Of a stretch of DNA of 64,000 nt, positions 40,222 to 49,585 are shown one piece after another. This DNA is from Thermoplasmatota archaeon (GTDB taxonomy: Archaea; Thermoplasmatota; E2; UBA202; JdFR-43), in NCBI GenBank assembly GCA_038818725.1, contig JAWAYL010000003.1, forward strand, positions 1,791 through 65,790, read 5' to 3'. The notes under the pieces are model-generated. The model did not search any database, had not been told where the DNA came from, and saw only the letters and a list, made by a program, of their open reading frames with translations. The translations under genes were made by a program, and so were the position numbers. Every line of letters starts with the position of its first letter. Position 1 is the stretch's first letter.

Positions 40222-41013
40222 ATGGATTTCTTACAAAACTTTAATCCAGTAATGCAGGCATTTATTGCATCTTCCTTTACATGGCTTTTAACTGCATTTG
40301 GATCATCAATTGTTTTTCTTACTAAAAAAATGAGCAGGAAATTGCTGGACAGCATGCTTGGTTTTGCTGCTGGTATAATGATTTCCGCAAGCTTCTGGTC
40401 ATTGCTTTTGCCTTCTGTTGAAATGATGGAGGGAAAAAATTTTTCATGGCTTCCAGCTTTAATGGGGTTTCTGCTTGGAGGAGTGTTTATTTTGATTATG
40501 GATAAAATTCTTCCACATCTTCACTTTGGGTATGAGAAGGCAGAGGGTTTAAAAACAAGCTGGCATAAAACAACATTGCTTATTCTTGCAATAACATTAC
40601 ATAATATACCAGAAGGAGTTGCAATTGGTGTTGCTTTTGGAGCAGTTGCATATGGTGCTTCTTATTCATCAGCCATTACTCTAGCAATAGGTATTGGCTT
40701 ACAAAATTTTCCTGAAGGAATAGCTGTTTCTATGCCTTTAAAAGGGGAAGGAATCTCGTCACTAAAAAGTTTCTTTTATGGGCAACTTTCAGCAATCGTT
40801 GAGCCAATTTTTGCAGTTTTAGGAGCATTTGCAGTTTTTATTTTTAAATCAATTCTTCCATATGCTCTCGCTTTTGCGGCTGGAGCAATGATTTTTGTTG
40901 TTGTTGAAGAAATTATTCCAGAATCGCAAAGGGGAGGAAATATTGATTTGGCTACAGTTTCAGCTATGCTTGGATTTGCTACAATGATGTTTCTGGATGT
41001 TGCCTTTGGATAA
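40222..41013 (+). CDS. zupT: ZIP-family zinc transporter (ZupT-like)
   Basis: HNIPEGVAIGVAF and GLQNFPEGIAVS metal-binding motifs. Internal M chosen so as not to overlap Mut7-C. Confidence 0.8.
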   Translation: MDFLQNFNPVMQAFIASSFTWLLTAFGSSIVFLTKKMSRKLLDSMLGFAAGIMISASFWSLLLPSVEMMEGKNFSWLPALMGFLLGGVFILIMDKILPHLHFGYEKAEGLKTSWHKTTLLILAITLHNIPEGVAIGVAFGAVAYGASYSSAITLAIGIGLQNFPEGIAVSMPLKGEGISSLKSFFYGQLSAIVEPIFAVLGAFAVFIFKSILPYALAFAAGAMIFVVVEEIIPESQRGGNIDLATVSAMLGFATMMFLDVAFG

Positions 41014-41014
41014 C

Positions 41015-41467
41015 TCAACTAATCCAGCCAATATTTCCTTCCCATTCGTATGTTTCATTTAATGAGGGCCAGTAAAATTTTATACGTCCAAAATAACTTT
41101 TTCCGAATTCAGGAGCAACATAGTTAGGATAAAAACTTCTTGCAATAAATTCCTTAAGAATAGCCTCCTTTACTTCACTTCCTTCTTGATACAATGGTTC
41201 AACTATTGCTGGCCCGTTTTCAATTGGTCCTATACCCATTTCAAGCCCTTCCTGCGGTGGAAAATATATGTCGCAGCGAGGTGCCCCTTTTTCCTTACCA
41301 ACCCATTTTACTTTCATATTAAGCAATACTTCATTGGGATTTTCTGTTTCTCTAAAAAATACGCTCAGCACCTCAAATTTATCTGTTTCTTTTGCTTCTT
41401 TTTCGCTTTTTAAACATCCAAGCATTGCAAATGAGAAAAATATTAACATGGAGAGGATTTTTTTCAT
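41015..41467 (-). CDS. Secreted/lipoprotein-like hypothetical protein
   Basis: Signal peptide MKKILSMLIFFSFAMLGC; 150 aa. Confidence 0.45.
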   Translation of the reverse strand: MKKILSMLIFFSFAMLGCLKSEKEAKETDKFEVLSVFFRETENPNEVLLNMKVKWVGKEKGAPRCDIYFPPQEGLEMGIGPIENGPAIVEPLYQEGSEVKEAILKEFIARSFYPNYVAPEFGKSYFGRIKFYWPSLNETYEWEGNIGWIS

Positions 41468-41481
41468 AAAATTATAATTAT

Positions 41482-42957
41482 TCAGATTATTAAACTTTTA
41501 CTCATTTCTTTTGGCTTTTCTAATCCCATTATTTCAAGAATTGTTGGTGCTATATTTCCAAGAACTCCTTTATTTAATTTCAAATCTAAACCAGCAACAA
41601 TAAATGGAACCGGATTTTTTGTATGAGATGTTTTAATTTCATTATCCTCAAACATTTCTTCAGCATTTCCATGGTCTGCGGTTATTATCGCAATTCCTTT
41701 TTTTCTTAGCACCACATCAACTATTTTTCCAACGCATTCATCCACTACTTCAATTGCTTTTAATGTAGCATGCCAGCAGCCCGTATGCCCAACCATATCA
41801 GGATTTGCATAATTTATAACAATAAAATCATATTTTTCTATATTTTTTAACGCAATTTCTGTTATTTCATAAGCACTCATCTCTGGTTTTGTATCATAGG
41901 TTGCAACTTTTGGGGAAGGAATAAGAATTCTTTCTTCTCCTTCAAAAGGATTTTCTCTTCCCCCGTTAAAAAAATATGTTACATGAGCATATTTTTCAGT
42001 TTCAGCAATTCTAAGCTGCTTTAGCCCATTTAAAGAAATTATTTCGCCAATTGTATTTTTAATATTTTCAGTTTCAAAAGCAAAAGGAACCGGCAGTGAT
42101 GCATCATATCTTGTTAGAGTTATAAAATGAATTTTTAGGGGCAAGCGAGGAAATGCATTAAAGTCATCTCTTGTAAAAGCTTCAGTTAGCTGTCTTGCCC
42201 TATCGGCACGAAAATTGAAGAATACTACAACATCTCCATTTTTTATTCTCCCCTTTTCATTTATTACTGTTGGGCTAATAAATTCATCTGTTTCGCCTTG
42301 CATATATGCTATTTTTATTCCTTCTTCCGCATTTTTTACTTTTCTTCTTCTCCCTTTAACAAGCATATCATAAGCTTTTTTTGTTCTATCCCATCTTCTA
42401 TCTCTATCCATTGCAAAATATCTTCCGATTAAGCTCGCTATTTCTCCAATGCCTATTTCACATATTTTATCTTCAAGTTGCTTTATATATTCCATTGCAC
42501 TTTTTGGAGGAGTATCTCTTCCATCAAGGAAACAATGTATATATACTTCCTTCACCCCATTAATTTTTGCCATTTCAAGAAGAGCATATAGATGTTCCAT
42601 CATTGAATGCACCCCCCCATCGCCTATTAAACCAATTAAATGAAGCCTACTTTTTTTTGCTTTTTCCATTGCTTCATTCAAAACTTTATTTTCAAAAAAA
42701 CTCCCATCTTTTATTGCTCTTAAAATTTTAAGAGATTCCTGCTCAACAATTCTGCCCGCCCCTATATTTATATGCCCAACTTCAGAATTGCCCGCAAGCC
42801 AAAAAGGCAGGCCAACGTTTTCACCACTTGCTTCCAGTATTGTTTTAGAAAAAATTTTCCAATACCTATTGAAATTTGGCTTCTTTGCATAATAAATCGC
42901 ATTACCTCTCTTTCTGTTGCTATGACCCCAGCCATCAAGTATGGCAAGTAAAATCAT
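41482..42957 (-). CDS. gpmI: 2,3-bisphosphoglycerate-independent phosphoglycerate mutase, bacterial GpmI type
   Basis: MILLAILDGWGHS N-terminus, about 490 aa, alkaline-phosphatase-superfamily iPGM. Not the archaeal ApgM type. Confidence 0.85.
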   Translation of the reverse strand: MILLAILDGWGHSNRKRGNAIYYAKKPNFNRYWKIFSKTILEASGENVGLPFWLAGNSEVGHINIGAGRIVEQESLKILRAIKDGSFFENKVLNEAMEKAKKSRLHLIGLIGDGGVHSMMEHLYALLEMAKINGVKEVYIHCFLDGRDTPPKSAMEYIKQLEDKICEIGIGEIASLIGRYFAMDRDRRWDRTKKAYDMLVKGRRRKVKNAEEGIKIAYMQGETDEFISPTVINEKGRIKNGDVVVFFNFRADRARQLTEAFTRDDFNAFPRLPLKIHFITLTRYDASLPVPFAFETENIKNTIGEIISLNGLKQLRIAETEKYAHVTYFFNGGRENPFEGEERILIPSPKVATYDTKPEMSAYEITEIALKNIEKYDFIVINYANPDMVGHTGCWHATLKAIEVVDECVGKIVDVVLRKKGIAIITADHGNAEEMFEDNEIKTSHTKNPVPFIVAGLDLKLNKGVLGNIAPTILEIMGLEKPKEMSKSLII

Positions 42958-42997
42958 TCTTTTCTTTATGCTTTACATAAATAAAAATTTTGGGAAG

Positions 42998-43113
42998 GGC
43001 CCGGGCCGGGATTTTCAAGCAACTTGCTTTAATGCGCAACTTGCACAAGTTGCAGTTTGAACCCGGGTCAAGGGATCCACAGTCCCTTATGTTACCGCTA
43101 CACCACCCAGGCC
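42998..43113 (-). tRNA. tRNA-His (anticodon GTG, encoded G-1) with a 44-nt T-loop intron (plus-strand 43012-43055)
   Basis: Reverse complement reads G-GCCTGGG...AGGGA-CTGTGGA-TCCCT...CCGGG-TTCAAA-[CTGCAACTTGTGCAAGTTGCGCATTAAAGCAAGTTGCTTGAAAA]-T-CCCGG-CCCGGGC-C. Confidence 0.75.
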
Positions 43114-43164
43114 ACAAACATGAAAAAATTATTGATTAATAATTTTTTGCCTTGTAAAAGCCTT

Positions 43165-44412
43165 TTAAAGCCATATAATCTGCAGAAAGAGATGAGAAAC
43201 TGCAACTGCAATTAATGTAAATGGTAAGCTTATTTTCAAATATTCTTTCAATTTTATTTTATATCCATTTTTTTCAAGAATCCCGCAAGCAAAAACATTT
43301 GCAGTTGCCCCTATGGGTGTGATGTTTCCTCCTATGCCTGTTCCTATAAGCATTCCAAAAAGAAGAGGATAAGGAGAAATGCTTAAAATGCTTGCTATTT
43401 GCCTGCATACAGGGATCATAATTATTGTATATGGCACATTATCAACAAAAGAAGAAATTGCTACTGAGAGCCAGACAATCATTGCAACCATTATACTCGA
43501 GCTTTTTATTCCAATTTTTCCAAACCATTTTGAAAAATCACTAAGCAAGCCAGTTAATTCAAGAGATGAAACAACAACAAATATGCCCGTTATAAAAAAG
43601 AAAGAATTCCAATCAAATTCAAAAATCATTTTCTTTAAATTTTTTCTTCCAAAGGCAAGAGAAATTAAGCCTACAGTTAAGCCAACAATTCCAACTTTTA
43701 TTCCAAAATATGGACATATTGCAAGTGCTAAAACACCTCCAATAAAAATAATTGATGGAATATAATCAACCCTTATCTTTTCATCTTCCATTTCAAAAGA
43801 TTTATTCATTTTTCTAAAAATTAATAGGAGGGAAAGTAAAGCGGAGATAACTCCAAAAATAGATAATGTACCAATACTTATCTTATTGGAAAACCAGTAA
43901 AAATCAAAAAATTTCATTCCAGTTTCTATAGCAAGAATAATTGATGGCGGGTCTGCAATCATTGTGACTGTTGTTGCAACATTTGAACTTATTGCAATTG
44001 GAACAAGATAATAGAAAAGATTTGATTTGAGCCTTTTTGCAACTTCTATTGCAACTGGAGCCATAATAAGAACAACTCCAACATTTTCCATAAAAGAAGA
44101 AATAAAAGCAGTTATTGCACATAGAACAAATATAACATATTTTTCTTTTTTAAATTTTTTTATTATCTTATGAGCGATAAATGATGGCACTCCGCTTTCC
44201 AAAAAAATATATGAAACCATCATGAAACCCCAGTAAATTGCTAAAACATCCCATTTTATTGCTTCAAAAAGAGCATATCTTGCGGGCACAATATCAAGCA
44301 AAATAAGTAAAATTGCAGAGATAATTGCTGGATAAACTATTTTTATTTTTCTTGAAATTGCCATCGAATAACATATTACAAATACTAACAATGCTATTAT
44401 CTTTCCATCCAT
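43165..44412 (-). CDS. ArsB/NhaD-superfamily anion permease
   Basis: About 12-TM protein with duplicated halves; composition typical of the ArsB/NhaD/CitMHS superfamily. Confidence 0.55.
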   Translation of the reverse strand: MDGKIIALLVFVICYSMAISRKIKIVYPAIISAILLILLDIVPARYALFEAIKWDVLAIYWGFMMVSYIFLESGVPSFIAHKIIKKFKKEKYVIFVLCAITAFISSFMENVGVVLIMAPVAIEVAKRLKSNLFYYLVPIAISSNVATTVTMIADPPSIILAIETGMKFFDFYWFSNKISIGTLSIFGVISALLSLLLIFRKMNKSFEMEDEKIRVDYIPSIIFIGGVLALAICPYFGIKVGIVGLTVGLISLAFGRKNLKKMIFEFDWNSFFFITGIFVVVSSLELTGLLSDFSKWFGKIGIKSSSIMVAMIVWLSVAISSFVDNVPYTIIMIPVCRQIASILSISPYPLLFGMLIGTGIGGNITPIGATANVFACGILEKNGYKIKLKEYLKISLPFTLIAVAVSHLFLQIIWL

Positions 44413-44588
44413 TCAAGAGGAATTTGTTATTCATATATAATTTTGTTGAAAACTCTTGCAGTATTTCCGCATGTTGAATAGGGAGGGCAAGGGAATAAGA
44501 TCATGTTTTTGGTAATAATCTGGAGTGAAAATTTGTTGAAAAAGCTTCATATGATAAAATTTAAGTATTCTTTACATATTCACCCGAT

Positions 44589-46508
44589 ATGAAAGAGATA
44601 TCAAAAGAAATAATATCGCCACCAGATGAGTTTGTTAATAAAGCATTGATAAAGGATAAAAAAGTATATGAAGAAGGAGAGAACTATATTGAATTCTGGG
44701 AAAAAAGAGCAAAGGAAATGATTTATTGGTATAAAAAATGGGATAAAGTTCTGGATGCAAATCCTCCTTATTATAAATGGTTTATAAATGGAAAATTAAA
44801 TGCTTCATATAATTGTCTTGATAGATGGCTTAAAGATAAGGGAGATAAAATTGCATATATATGGGAAGGAGAAATGGGGGAGGTTAAAAAAATAACATAT
44901 AAGCAACTACATCATGAAGTATGCAGATTTGCAAATGCGTTAAAAAGCATAGGAGTTAAAAAAGGAGATATTGTCACAATCTATCTTCCCATGGTGCTTG
45001 AATTACCGATAGCGATGCTCGCTTGCGCCAGGATAGGGGCGCCTCATTCAGTTGTTTTTGCTGGGTTTAGCAGTGAAGCGCTGAAAGACAGGATGGAGGA
45101 TGCGGGCTCGAGATATTTGATAACATGCGATGGCTACTATAGGAGAGGGAAATTGATAAATCATAAGGAAAAGGCAGATGAGGGAATTAAAAATCTAGAT
45201 GTTGAGAAAGTAGTTGTTGCAAAAAGATTAGAGGAAGAAGTGAATATGAAAGAAGGGCGTGATATATGGTGGGATGAAATTGTTAAAAATATGCCGAGCA
45301 AATGCGAGCCAGAAATAATGGATGCGTGCGATTTACTATTTTTAATGTATACATCTGGAACAACTGGCAAACCAAAAGGAGTTATGCACAGCACAGGTGG
45401 CTATCTTGTTGGAGTTACAACAACAATGAAATGGGTTTTTGATATAAAAGATGAAGATATTTTCTGGTGCACCGCAGATATTGGATGGATTACAGGGCAC
45501 AGCTATATTGTTTATGGGCCTCTTGCAACAGCAACAACAAGCATAATATATGAAGGAGCTCCTGATTATCCAACACCTGGCAGATGGTGGGAGATAATAG
45601 AGAAATATAAAGTTACAATATTTTATACCGCTCCGACTGCAATAAGAATGGCAATGAAATGGGGTGAAAAATGGCCAAATGAACATGATTTAAGCAGTTT
45701 GCGCCTCCTTGGCTCAGTTGGAGAACCAATAAATCCTGAAGCATGGCTGTGGTATTATAATGTAATTGGCAAAAGAAGATGCCCCATTGTGGATACTTGG
45801 TGGATGACCGAAACTGGCATGCATTTAATAACTCCATTGCCAGGCATAACAAAACTAAAGCCAGGCTCCGCAACATTTCCTTTCCCTGGAGTGAAAGCAG
45901 AAGTAAGAGATGAAAATGGTATTTGTCCAGTTGGTCAGAAAGGAGAACTTGTTATAACTAGGCCTTGGCCATCAATGCTTCTTGGTTTATATAGAGCAGA
46001 TGATAAATACATTGAAGAATATTGGAGTAAATACGGATATGATAAATTTTATACAGGAGATGGGGCATTAGTGGATGAAGATGGCTACTTCTGGCTTCTT
46101 GGAAGAATTGGAGATGTATTGAATGTCGCAGGCCATCGCCTTGGAACCGCGGAAGTTGAAAGTGCTTTAATAACCCATCCAGCGGTTGCAGAAACTGCGG
46201 TTGTTGCAATAAATCATGAAATAAAGGGGCAGGCGCCGCTAGCTTATGTTGTGCTTAAAGAAGGATTTAAGCCAAGTGAGGAACTGAAAAAAGAATTGAT
46301 AAAACAAGTTGATAAAATAATAGGTCCAACTGCAAGACCAGAGGACATAATATTTGTTGACGATTTGCCAAAAACAAGAAGCGGAAAAATAATGAGAAGA
46401 TTGCTAAAACAAATTGCAAACAATGAAATGCTTGGGGATATAACAACTCTAAGAAATCCAGAAATTGTTGAGCATATAAAAGAAGCATTTGAAAAGCGAA
46501 AAGTTTAG
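44589..46508 (+). CDS. acs: Acetyl-CoA synthetase (AMP-forming)
   Basis: YTSGTTGKPKGV, WWMTETG and the C-terminal GKIMRR lysine motif; 639 aa. Confidence 0.9.
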   Translation: MKEISKEIISPPDEFVNKALIKDKKVYEEGENYIEFWEKRAKEMIYWYKKWDKVLDANPPYYKWFINGKLNASYNCLDRWLKDKGDKIAYIWEGEMGEVKKITYKQLHHEVCRFANALKSIGVKKGDIVTIYLPMVLELPIAMLACARIGAPHSVVFAGFSSEALKDRMEDAGSRYLITCDGYYRRGKLINHKEKADEGIKNLDVEKVVVAKRLEEEVNMKEGRDIWWDEIVKNMPSKCEPEIMDACDLLFLMYTSGTTGKPKGVMHSTGGYLVGVTTTMKWVFDIKDEDIFWCTADIGWITGHSYIVYGPLATATTSIIYEGAPDYPTPGRWWEIIEKYKVTIFYTAPTAIRMAMKWGEKWPNEHDLSSLRLLGSVGEPINPEAWLWYYNVIGKRRCPIVDTWWMTETGMHLITPLPGITKLKPGSATFPFPGVKAEVRDENGICPVGQKGELVITRPWPSMLLGLYRADDKYIEEYWSKYGYDKFYTGDGALVDEDGYFWLLGRIGDVLNVAGHRLGTAEVESALITHPAVAETAVVAINHEIKGQAPLAYVVLKEGFKPSEELKKELIKQVDKIIGPTARPEDIIFVDDLPKTRSGKIMRRLLKQIANNEMLGDITTLRNPEIVEHIKEAFEKRKV

Positions 46509-46537
46509 AAACATGAAATGTATATATAAGTGATAAA

Positions 46538-47209
46538 ATGGATAACATCTCGATTACAATAGTAGCTATCTTATTATTCCTTTTTGCATGGTTAGGAGCA
46601 ATGATTATTACAACAAAACCGAAAGAAGAAGAGGAAAAAGAAGAAATTGAGGAAAAAAGCGAGATAGATATTTACAAGAAGAGAATTGAAGAGCTTGAGG
46701 AAAAAATAAGAAAGATTGAAGAAGAAAAGCCAACAAATGAAAAATTGCTTACATGGCTTAGTGAATTGTATAGAGAAAATGAAATTTTGAAGATGAGGCT
46801 TTCACATATTGAAAATTTACCAAAGGGCGATTTAATGAAATACGAAGATGAAAAACTTTTGCAAGAATTAGAAGCCCATAAAAAGAAAATTGTGGAACTT
46901 GAAAATGAGATAAGGGAGCTAAAAAACAGTATAAATTATTACAGAGATTTGGTAAGCAAGTTACAGGGAAGCTACACTGTTTTAAATAAATATAACTATA
47001 GAGTATGTATAAGAGATATAGAAACAGGGGAATATAAATATGAACTTGTAAAACTTCCACACGATTTTGATCCCTTTAATCCAACATATATAACAAAAGA
47101 TGGAACCGAGGTTTATGAAGAATATGGAATAAGAATACCAACAAAATTGGGAGATATAATAAGAGAAGAATTCAAGAAAGATATTTTTAAAGAAATTGAA
47201 TTTAAATGA
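46538..47209 (+). CDS. Membrane-anchored coiled-coil hypothetical protein
   Basis: N-terminal TM ITIVAILLFLFAWLGAMIIT followed by an E/K-rich heptad region. Confidence 0.45.
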   Translation: MDNISITIVAILLFLFAWLGAMIITTKPKEEEEKEEIEEKSEIDIYKKRIEELEEKIRKIEEEKPTNEKLLTWLSELYRENEILKMRLSHIENLPKGDLMKYEDEKLLQELEAHKKKIVELENEIRELKNSINYYRDLVSKLQGSYTVLNKYNYRVCIRDIETGEYKYELVKLPHDFDPFNPTYITKDGTEVYEEYGIRIPTKLGDIIREEFKKDIFKEIEFK

Positions 47210-48516
47210 ACTGGACAGAAAAATATAGACCAAAGAGTTTAAAAGATATTGTTGGTAATCATGAAGCAATTTCTGAATTAAAAAAATGGGCTGAGGAATG
47301 GAAAAACAATAAGCCAGAAAAAAAAGCAGTCATATTATATGGTAAGCCAGGTGTTGGAAAAACATCTTCCGCATATGCTCTTGCCAATGATTTTGGATGG
47401 TATGTAATAGAGCTTAATGCAAGCGATGAAAGGAGCAGGAGCGCTATCGAGGAAATTGCGCTGGCGGGCGCAATGAATGAGGCAATTGGCTACGAGAGCA
47501 AACACTGGAAGGAAGGAATTAAAAAATTGATTATCTTGGATGAGGCGGATAACTTATATGAAAAAGAGGGTGATTTTGGAGGGAAAGCAGCCATAATAGA
47601 AACAATAAAGAAGAGCAAACAGCCGATAGTAATTATAGCAAATGACCTTTATGAACTATTTAAAAATGCTGACGAACTAAAAAAAATTTGTAAGTTAATT
47701 GAATTTAAGAAAATAAAAAATGAAGAAATTGTGGGATTGCTAAAAAAAATTTGCTTTCAAGAAGGAATAATCTGTGATGAAATATTACTTTATACAATAG
47801 CAAACCGTAGTGGAGGAGACCTAAGAAGCGCAATCAACGATTTGCAAGCAATATCTTATACCAAAAGAGTAGGAGTTGAAATGCTTTCCTGCATTGGATA
47901 CAGAGATAGAGAGACTGGTATTTTTGAAGGAATCAGAAAAGTTCTGGAAGCAAGAGATATGAGAACAGCTATAAAAATTTTAAGAGAAATTGATGAAACA
48001 CCAGAGGATTTAATAATATGGATAGATGAAAATTTGCCCCATCTATTTCATCTTTCAGATTTAAAAGACGCATATTATTATCTTTCTAGAGCAGACATAT
48101 TCCTTGGAAGAAAATGGAAAAGACAGTATTATGGAATGTGGAGTTATGCAAGCGAGTTAATGAGTGGAGGGGTTGCAATTATAAGAAAAAAAGAATTAAA
48201 AGGTAAAGCTTGCTATTTTCCAATCTGGCTTAAGGAAATGTCAAAAAGTAAAGCCATCAGAAAAGCAAAGTTAAGCGCAGCAAAAAAAATAGGAGAAAAA
48301 ATTCATGCATCATCTAAAAAAACATTTGAAATTGTTGAAATTTTAAGAAATTTACTGCTCAGTGAAGAAGGAATAAAAATACTTTCAAAATTTGAGCTGA
48401 GCGAAGAAGAAATTTCTGCAATTCTAAGCGTAAATAAAGAAAGAGCAAAAGAGATATATGAAAATATTAAAAAATATGAAATGAAGAGTAAGCAATCTCT
48501 TCTTTTCCAGTTTTAG
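47206..48516 (+). CDS. rfcL: Replication factor C large subunit
   Basis: WTEKYRPKSLKDIVGN..., Walker A GKPGVGKTS, ILDEADN; 436 aa. Confidence 0.8.
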   Translation: MNWTEKYRPKSLKDIVGNHEAISELKKWAEEWKNNKPEKKAVILYGKPGVGKTSSAYALANDFGWYVIELNASDERSRSAIEEIALAGAMNEAIGYESKHWKEGIKKLIILDEADNLYEKEGDFGGKAAIIETIKKSKQPIVIIANDLYELFKNADELKKICKLIEFKKIKNEEIVGLLKKICFQEGIICDEILLYTIANRSGGDLRSAINDLQAISYTKRVGVEMLSCIGYRDRETGIFEGIRKVLEARDMRTAIKILREIDETPEDLIIWIDENLPHLFHLSDLKDAYYYLSRADIFLGRKWKRQYYGMWSYASELMSGGVAIIRKKELKGKACYFPIWLKEMSKSKAIRKAKLSAAKKIGEKIHASSKKTFEIVEILRNLLLSEEGIKILSKFELSEEEISAILSVNKERAKEIYENIKKYEMKSKQSLLFQF

Positions 48517-48612
48517 AAACCTATGGAAAGAAATATTTATTAAATCCACTATTCCTATTAATAAATTGAAGGATGGTTAATTATTTATATTGAGAATAAA
48601 ATTCGTAAAAAT

Positions 48613-49536
48613 ATGGATTATGAAATTGCTATAATCGGGGCTGGTCCGGCGGGTTGCACAGCTGGCATATATGCGGGGAGAGGAGGGGCGAGCGTAGTTA
48701 TTTTTGATAAGGGAATGGGTGGAGGGCTTGCAGTAAATTCGCCAAGAATAGAAAATTATCCGGGCTTTTTAAGTATAAGTGGGGCTGAACTGATGGAAAA
48801 AATGAAAGAGCATGCATCGCAATATGCTGAAATAAGATTTTTTGAAGGAGTAAAAGATATAAAAATTGGTGAAGAAATTGAAGTTATAACAGATAAGGGA
48901 AGATATTATGTAAAGGCGGTTATAATATGCACTGGCACAGAGCCGAGGAAATTAAATGTTAAGGGAGAGGAAAAATTTATTGGAAGAGGAGTTAGCTATT
49001 GTGCTACCTGTGATGGAATCTTTTTTAAAGGGAAAAAAGTGGCGGTGGTTGGTGGAGGCAACACTGCAATAATAGAGGCAATATATTTAACCAATATAGG
49101 GGCTAATGTAAGTGTAATTCACAGAAGAGATGAACTTAGGGCGGAAAAGATAATTGAAGAGGAGGCAAAAGCTAAAGGAGTAAATTTCATATGGAATAGT
49201 GTTGTTGAAGAAATATTTGGGAAAGAAAAAGTTGAGGGAATTAAAATAAGAAATGTTAAGACAAATGAAATAAAAGAAATGGGCGTAGATGGAATTTTTG
49301 TTTCTATTGGTGAAGAGCCAAATAATGAAATTGCAAAAAAAATTGGCTTGGCTTTAGATGAACATGGATTTATAAAAGCAGATGATATGGGAAGAACAAG
49401 CATTGATAGAATTTTTGCGGCAGGCGACATTACTGGCGGCATAAGGCAAATCATAACTGCTTGCTCGCAAGGAGCAAAAGCAGCAATATCAGCAATGAAG
49501 GCGATAGGAAAAAGAAGTATTTGGATTGTAGAATGA
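48613..49536 (+). CDS. trxB: Thioredoxin-disulfide reductase
   Basis: IIGAGPAGCTAG FAD fold, redox CATCDG, second dinucleotide fold VVGGGNTA, AAGDITGG. Confidence 0.85.
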   Translation: MDYEIAIIGAGPAGCTAGIYAGRGGASVVIFDKGMGGGLAVNSPRIENYPGFLSISGAELMEKMKEHASQYAEIRFFEGVKDIKIGEEIEVITDKGRYYVKAVIICTGTEPRKLNVKGEEKFIGRGVSYCATCDGIFFKGKKVAVVGGGNTAIIEAIYLTNIGANVSVIHRRDELRAEKIIEEEAKAKGVNFIWNSVVEEIFGKEKVEGIKIRNVKTNEIKEMGVDGIFVSIGEEPNNEIAKKIGLALDEHGFIKADDMGRTSIDRIFAAGDITGGIRQIITACSQGAKAAISAMKAIGKRSIWIVE

Positions 49537-49585
49537 ATAAAATTTCAGGAGTTTTCCGGATCTATTTGAAAAAGTGAAAGAAGGG

